Shown here: in pieces, positions 59,144 to 64,000 of the stretch
Layout of the letters: each line of letters opens with the position of its first letter
How positions within the stretch are numbered: the first letter of the stretch is position 1
Source: an uncultured Planctomycetota bacterium
GTDB taxonomy: Bacteria > JAJVIF01 > JAPKYR01
NCBI GenBank assembly: GCA_964354375.1
Contig: CAYGZQ010000013.1
Span: 10,087-74,086, forward strand
Reading direction: 5' to 3'
Length of the DNA: 64,000 bases
Notes under the pieces: model-generated
Database searches by the model: none
Seen by the model: only the letters and a program-made list of their open reading frames with translations
What the model was told of the DNA's origin: nothing
Made by a program: the position numbers and the translations under genes

Positions 59144-60508
59144 ATGTCGGCCAATAAGATCATTTCAGTCATTCTCTGTGCAACCGTTCTTGTGCTGGCG
59201 GGATGTGTATCGCAGACGAAGGGCGATTCAGGGGGCTCGAATGGAGGGGAAACCGGGGACACGACGGGAAGCCCGATAGCGTCGACCATCCAGAATGAGG
59301 GCTTCGCGTTCGGGAGCCGGCAGCGTGAGATGAATCCCGCCGTCAGCGAACAGGAAGTAAGCCAACTTGTCCAGGGCAACACCCAGTTCGCGTTCGAGCT
59401 TTACCGACAGCTCATTCAGAGCAACGACAACCTGATAATCTCCCCTTACAGCATATCGACGGCGCTCGCGATGACCTACGCGGGCGCGAACGGTCAGACC
59501 AAGACCGATATGGCGAACGTCCTTCATTTCACGCTTCCCGACGACAAGCTCCATGCCGCGTTCAACAAGATCGACCTTGCGCTGAATGCCCTTGGAAACA
59601 AGCCCGCGGGTGAAGAGGGGCAGCCGTTCAAGCTGAGCGTCGCCGATTCTCTCTGGGTTCAGAAGGATATCCCGCTGAATCCCCCGTTTCTGGATGTCGT
59701 TGCGTTGAACTACGGAGCCGGTGTGGGGCAGGTGGACTTTTGGGGCGACCCCAATGGTGCCGCAAAGATCGTCAACGACTGGATTTCCGGCAGGACGGAA
59801 GACCGAATCAAGAATGCGCTCGACCCAAGTTCGATTGACAAAGGGACAACTGCGCTCTTGATCGTAGACGCGATCTACTTCCTGGCGAGTTGGTCGCTGC
59901 AGTTCGAGACGGAAGCGACGGAGGACGGCCCCTTCCATTTGCTCGGCGGACGGGAAGTGACCATGCCGATGATGAGCCGGACCGAGCATTTCAGGTTCTT
60001 TCAGGGGCAGGGATTCAAGGCAGTGTCCCTGGGATACGTCGGGGGAGAAACATCAATGGTGATAATGCTCCCCGATGAAGGTAAGTTCGAGGAATTCGAG
60101 GGGAAGCTTGATGGGGCGCTGGTCTCGGATGTTCTCGGAAACCTGGAGACCAAGAGCGTGGACCTGACAATGCCGAAGTTCAAGTACGAGACCTCACTCA
60201 AGCTGGAGAAAACGCTCCCGCTGATGGGCATGGAGAGCGCATTCAACAGCGGGCTCGAAAACATATTCAGCGGCGCGGTGCTGGGTCCTGTTTGCATTGG
60301 CGAGGTGATCCACAAGGCGTTTGTGTCCGTGGACGAAGCCGGGACCGAAGCCGCTGCTGTGACGATCGTCGAGATACTAGCACTCTCCGCGCCCTCCGAA
60401 CCTGAGATTCCGATGGAATTCAGAGTTGACCGGCCGTTTGTGTTCATGATTGTCGAGGAGAGCACGAAGACGGTTCTGTTCATCGGACGAGTGCTGGACC
60501 CGTCCTGA
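59144..60508 (+). CDS. Serpin lipoprotein 1
   Basis: Lipobox LAG-C. NLIISPYSI, VDAIYFLASW, hinge DEAGTEAAAVT and FRVDRPFVF...LFIGRV. Confidence 0.95.
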   Translation: MSANKIISVILCATVLVLAGCVSQTKGDSGGSNGGETGDTTGSPIASTIQNEGFAFGSRQREMNPAVSEQEVSQLVQGNTQFAFELYRQLIQSNDNLIISPYSISTALAMTYAGANGQTKTDMANVLHFTLPDDKLHAAFNKIDLALNALGNKPAGEEGQPFKLSVADSLWVQKDIPLNPPFLDVVALNYGAGVGQVDFWGDPNGAAKIVNDWISGRTEDRIKNALDPSSIDKGTTALLIVDAIYFLASWSLQFETEATEDGPFHLLGGREVTMPMMSRTEHFRFFQGQGFKAVSLGYVGGETSMVIMLPDEGKFEEFEGKLDGALVSDVLGNLETKSVDLTMPKFKYETSLKLEKTLPLMGMESAFNSGLENIFSGAVLGPVCIGEVIHKAFVSVDEAGTEAAAVTIVEILALSAPSEPEIPMEFRVDRPFVFMIVEESTKTVLFIGRVLDPS

Positions 60509-60610
60509 GGATAGTCTGATGTGAGCCCCGAGGAGATGCGGCGGTCCGACGGGCATGAGTGGATATTCGGCCTTCTTGCCGCCGGAAACCGAAGGAACAG
60601 GAGCATCGAA

Positions 60611-61990
60611 ATGCGCACCCACAACACAATGCCGATTTTTCTCTGCGCAGCTTTTCTGGTACTCGCAGGCTGCGTTTCGCAGACCGAGGGCACATCGGGA
60701 GGATCAACCGACGGAAAGACAGTGGATACGACGGGAGGGTCCACCGGAAGCCCGACAGCGTCGACCGTCCAGGATGAGGGCTTTGTGTTCGGGATCGACG
60801 GGCGTGAGATGAACCCCGCCGTCAGCGAACAGGAAGTAAGCCAACTTGTCCAGGGCAACACCCAGTTCGCGTTCGAGCTGTACCGCTGGCTTATCCAGGA
60901 CAACAATAACCTGATCATCTCCCCATACAGCATCTCTACCGCTCTTGCCATGACTTACGCGGGCGCGAACGGTCAGACCAAAACTGACATGGCGAACGTT
61001 CTTCATTTCACGCTCCCCGACGACAAGCTCCATGCCGCGTTCAATAAAATCGACCTGACGCTTAACGCGCTTGGGAGCAAACCTGCGGGGGAAGAGGGGC
61101 AGCCGTTGAAACTGAGCGTCGCTAACTCTCTCTGGGTGCAGAAGGATATCCCGCTGAATCCCCCGTTTCTGGATGTCGTTACGCTGAACTATGGAGCCGG
61201 AGTGGGCCAGGTGGATTTCTGGGGTGATCCTGGAGGAGCCGCGAAAACGGTCAACGACTGGATCTCCGGCAAAACGGGGGGCAAAATCAAGGATGCGCTG
61301 GACCCGGACTCTCTGAACCCGGGAGAGACGCAGCTGCTTCTGGTCGATGCGATCTACTTCCTTGCCAACTGGGAGTTGCAGTTCGACAAGGAAGCGACAA
61401 CCGACGGTCCGTTTCATCTTTTGGGAGGACAGGACGTCACGGTTCCGATGATGACGAAAACGGACCAGTTCAGGTACTTCAAGGGGGATGGTTTCGCCGT
61501 GGCCTCGCTCGGATACGTGGGCGGCGACACCTCGATGGTGATAATGCTTCCCGATGAAGGTAAGTTCGAGGAATTCGAGGGGAAGCTTGATGGGGCGCTG
61601 GTTTCGGATGTGCTCGGAAACCTGGAAATGAAGAGCGTGGACTTGACCATGCCGAGATTCAAATACGAGTCGTCTCTCAAGCTGGCGAAGACGCTGAAGC
61701 CGATGGGCATGGAGAGCGCGTTTTACGGCGGATTTGACTACATGTTCGTCAATCTCCTCATCGAAGGCCCCCCGCACATAGGCGAGGTAATTCACAAGGC
61801 GTTCGTGGCGGTGGACGAGGCCGGCACAGAAGCTGCGGCGGTGACGATTGTCATAATAGAGGCGGAGTCCATGCCCGCCGAGCCCGAGATTCCGATAGAG
61901 TTCAAAGCGGATCGTCCGTTCGTGTTCCTGATCGTGGAGGAGAGCACGAAGACGGTTCTGTTCATCGGACGTGTGCTGGACCCGTCCTGA
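60611..61990 (+). CDS. Serpin lipoprotein 2
   Basis: Lipobox LAG-C, the same serpin motifs, hinge DEAGTEAAAVT, FKADRPF. Confidence 0.95.
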   Translation: MRTHNTMPIFLCAAFLVLAGCVSQTEGTSGGSTDGKTVDTTGGSTGSPTASTVQDEGFVFGIDGREMNPAVSEQEVSQLVQGNTQFAFELYRWLIQDNNNLIISPYSISTALAMTYAGANGQTKTDMANVLHFTLPDDKLHAAFNKIDLTLNALGSKPAGEEGQPLKLSVANSLWVQKDIPLNPPFLDVVTLNYGAGVGQVDFWGDPGGAAKTVNDWISGKTGGKIKDALDPDSLNPGETQLLLVDAIYFLANWELQFDKEATTDGPFHLLGGQDVTVPMMTKTDQFRYFKGDGFAVASLGYVGGDTSMVIMLPDEGKFEEFEGKLDGALVSDVLGNLEMKSVDLTMPRFKYESSLKLAKTLKPMGMESAFYGGFDYMFVNLLIEGPPHIGEVIHKAFVAVDEAGTEAAAVTIVIIEAESMPAEPEIPIEFKADRPFVFLIVEESTKTVLFIGRVLDPS

Positions 61991-62035
61991 ACAACCACGA
62001 TGGGCCGGTCCCCGGACCCGACAAAGGAGGAAGTC

Positions 62036-63358
62036 ATGTCGACGTTAGGTAGGCAGTACGTCCTTGTGTTGGCTGGAGCGATGGTCCTTATGGGAGGTCT
62101 TTCCTGCGCTTCCGTCTCACTCCCGCCTGCACGTAACCCCGCCTTTGTCTATTCCGAGAAGGAGCGGGATCTCGATCCGTCTGTGAGCCAGGAGCAGACC
62201 GCCCAGCTTGTGGAGGGGAACACGAAATTCGCCTGCGAGCTGTATCAGCAGCTGATCGAACCGGAGCCGAACCTGGTTTTCTCGCCATACGGCATTTCGG
62301 TTGCCCTCGCGATGGCGTACGCGGGCGCGCAGGGCCAAACCAAAACCGAGATGGCGAACGTCCTCCATTTCACGTTGCCCGATGCCCAGCTTCACGCCGC
62401 AATCAACAAGTTAACCCTGCAGCTTGCAGGTCCCGAGGAGAGTCCGGAGGGTTTCTGGAGGCCATATACCCTGAATGTTGCGAACTCCCTTTGGATGGAC
62501 CAGAAATATACGATTAATCCTGACTTTCTCGACACGATAGGCGCGAACTACGGCGCCGGTGTGGGCATGGCGGATTTCGTAAGGAATCCGTCCTGGAGCG
62601 CAGGGACTATGAACGGTTGGATCAGCGAGGCCACCGAGGGCAGGATCACAAACATGGTGGACCCGCAGATGCTGAAGGATCTGGTCCTTCTCATCGTCAA
62701 CGCGATCTATTTCAAGGCCGAATGGCAGGAGCAATTCGACAAGGCGTCCACCCAGGAAGAGCCGTTTCACTTGTTGTGGGGTACCGATGTAACCGTGCCG
62801 ATGATGAAGATTACGCATTCCTTTAGCTACAGCGAAGGAGACGGCTGGCAGGCGGTGTCGCTTCCGTACAAGGAGTGGGAGATCTCGATGACGGTGATCC
62901 TCCCGACGTCCGATAAATTCACGGCATTTGAGGGCAGTCTGGATGAGACCGTGCTTAAGAGTATCCACGACGGGATGGAAACGAGGACTGTGATTCTCTC
63001 GCTACCCAGGTTCGAGTTTGACACCGACTTGAAACTGGCGGAAACACTGAAGGCGATGGGCATGGAGAGTGCCTTCGAGTCCGGGTTCGAGCCGATGGTC
63101 GTCAATCCGCCTGACAGTATTTTCATCAGTGATGTCCTTCACCGGGCGTTTGTGTCGGTTGATGAGGAAGGCACCGAGGCTGCCGCTGCAACGGTGGTTC
63201 CTGTGGCGCCCGGGGCTGCTTTCGAGCCTGAGCAGGAAAAGCCCCCCGTGGAATTCAAGGCGGACCATCCGTTCATTTTCCTCATCATGGACCAAAGCAC
63301 GAAGTCGGTACTTTTCATGGGACGCGTGATGGATCCGACCGACATGGGAGGAATATGA
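62036..63358 (+). CDS. Serpin lipoprotein 3
   Basis: GGAGG RBS, lipobox GLS-C. NAIYFKAEW, hinge DEEGTEAAAAT, FKADHPF. Confidence 0.95.
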   Translation: MSTLGRQYVLVLAGAMVLMGGLSCASVSLPPARNPAFVYSEKERDLDPSVSQEQTAQLVEGNTKFACELYQQLIEPEPNLVFSPYGISVALAMAYAGAQGQTKTEMANVLHFTLPDAQLHAAINKLTLQLAGPEESPEGFWRPYTLNVANSLWMDQKYTINPDFLDTIGANYGAGVGMADFVRNPSWSAGTMNGWISEATEGRITNMVDPQMLKDLVLLIVNAIYFKAEWQEQFDKASTQEEPFHLLWGTDVTVPMMKITHSFSYSEGDGWQAVSLPYKEWEISMTVILPTSDKFTAFEGSLDETVLKSIHDGMETRTVILSLPRFEFDTDLKLAETLKAMGMESAFESGFEPMVVNPPDSIFISDVLHRAFVSVDEEGTEAAAATVVPVAPGAAFEPEQEKPPVEFKADHPFIFLIMDQSTKSVLFMGRVMDPTDMGGI

Positions 63359-64000
63359 GAGCGCTCTTTCTGGTTAATCCGCTGGCAGGGGGCCGAGGCA
63401 ACCGCAGGGCTGTGGAGACCGCCCTTGCGCGATTCGACTCAGCCGGCTGGAATACCACCACGGTGAGAACCGTCACGCCCCAGCATGCGGGCGAGCTGAT
63501 AGAAAGCGCTCACGGGGAAGGTTACGATCTCCTGATTGTTGCCGGGGGAGACGGGACCATACATCGCGCAGTGCAGCACCTGCCTCTCGGGTCGTACGAG
63601 GAACCCTCGAAGCTCCCGTTCGCGATCTTCCCCCTGGGCAGCGGGAACGATTTTTTTCGAGGCACCGGCGCGCCGCGAGATCACGAGGGAGCCGCCGAGA
63701 ACATCATTCATGGTCGAGCGGTGCCGGTCGACATCGGCGTGTGCGAGCCCATAAGCGAGTCCGGGGAGCCGAGAGCGGAGGAGTCGGTTCGGTTTATCAA
63801 TACGGCGGGCGTCGGGATGGACTCGCAGACCCTCGCGACAAGGGAGAGGGCGCCGGCACGTCTGTCAGCAAGATACGAGCTTCTTTTCCTGATGACCCTG
63901 ATGCGGTTGTATCCCCTCCGAGTGAGCATGAAGAGCGACGATTGGGCCCTCGACGTGGATGCCTACTGGATTCTTTGCTGCAACAACGGATTTATCGGGT
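63355..64000 (+). CDS. Diacylglycerol kinase-family lipid kinase (YegS/BmrU-like), partial
   Basis: Not in the ORF track because it runs off the end. ATG overlaps the serpin 3 stop. Manual translation gives MRALFLVNPLAGG...VAGGDGTIH...PLGSGNDF...FINTAGVGMD. Confidence 0.9.
   Translation, partial: MRALFLVNPLAGGRGNRRAVETALARFDSAGWNTTTVRTVTPQHAGELIESAHGEGYDLLIVAGGDGTIHRAVQHLPLGSYEEPSKLPFAIFPLGSGNDFFRGTGAPRDHEGAAENIIHGRAVPVDIGVCEPISESGEPRAEESVRFINTAGVGMDSQTLATRERAPARLSARYELLFLMTLMRLYPLRVSMKSDDWALDVDAYWILCCNNGFIG

Noticed and set aside
59144-61990. Serpin 1/2 identical tracts as a DGR or mobile-element repeat
   Set aside because: The tracts lie in-frame within paralogous coding scaffolds and are explained by tandem duplication or conversion.
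2524-62035. Long upstream in-frame extensions given by the track (e.g. 2524, 4218, 6764, 15997, 29928, 46447, 60521)
   Set aside because: Downstream ATGs have RBSs and immediately precede signal peptides or lipoboxes. Some extensions read through REP elements or the previous gene.
4188-63929. Many long antisense or overlapping ORFs in the track (e.g. 7904..9457-, 27971..29671-, 41688..43703+, 47179..48771-, 33006..34310+)
   Set aside because: These are shadow ORFs of GC-rich coding genes. They overlap well-supported CDS and their Arg/His-rich translations have no motifs.

Overview
A GC-rich (roughly 60% by eye) bacterial chromosomal window from a lineage I cannot name, apparently diderm (two small beta-barrel OMPs and a TolC). 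Housekeeping genes are scattered through it: partial ftsK, purA, lemA, PBP1A, a DegP/HtrA protease, hutH, OsmC, an M16 peptidase, a WecA/TagO-like transferase, GT4 and GT-C glycosyltransferases, tRNA-Thr(CGT) and a partial DAG-kinase-like gene. The dominant feature is an expansion of predicted lipoproteins: 21 of the 44 CDS I call have a lipobox. Nine of them (about 20 kb, labelled P1-P9) share an N-terminal domain I cannot assign to any known family, with the motifs W-G...V-P-x-R...H-P-F...G-F-D-V...N-A-D-G-Y-T...D-F-P-x-x-A-N. This domain is fused to interchangeable C-terminal passengers (right-handed beta-helix, BNR-like propeller, YVTN-like propeller, Ig/PKD). Two short members carry no large passenger and sit next to a stand-alone propeller lipoprotein. 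Also seen: a GTAG-type REP/REPIN-like palindrome family with compensatory substitutions, three tandem lipoprotein serpins with different reactive-centre loops, a PLD-fold lipoprotein with both HKD motifs degenerate, and a histidine ammonia-lyase with a Thr-Ser-Gly MIO triad. I found no CRISPR array, transposase, integrase or reverse transcriptase. Product calls rest on motif recognition only; no database search was run.
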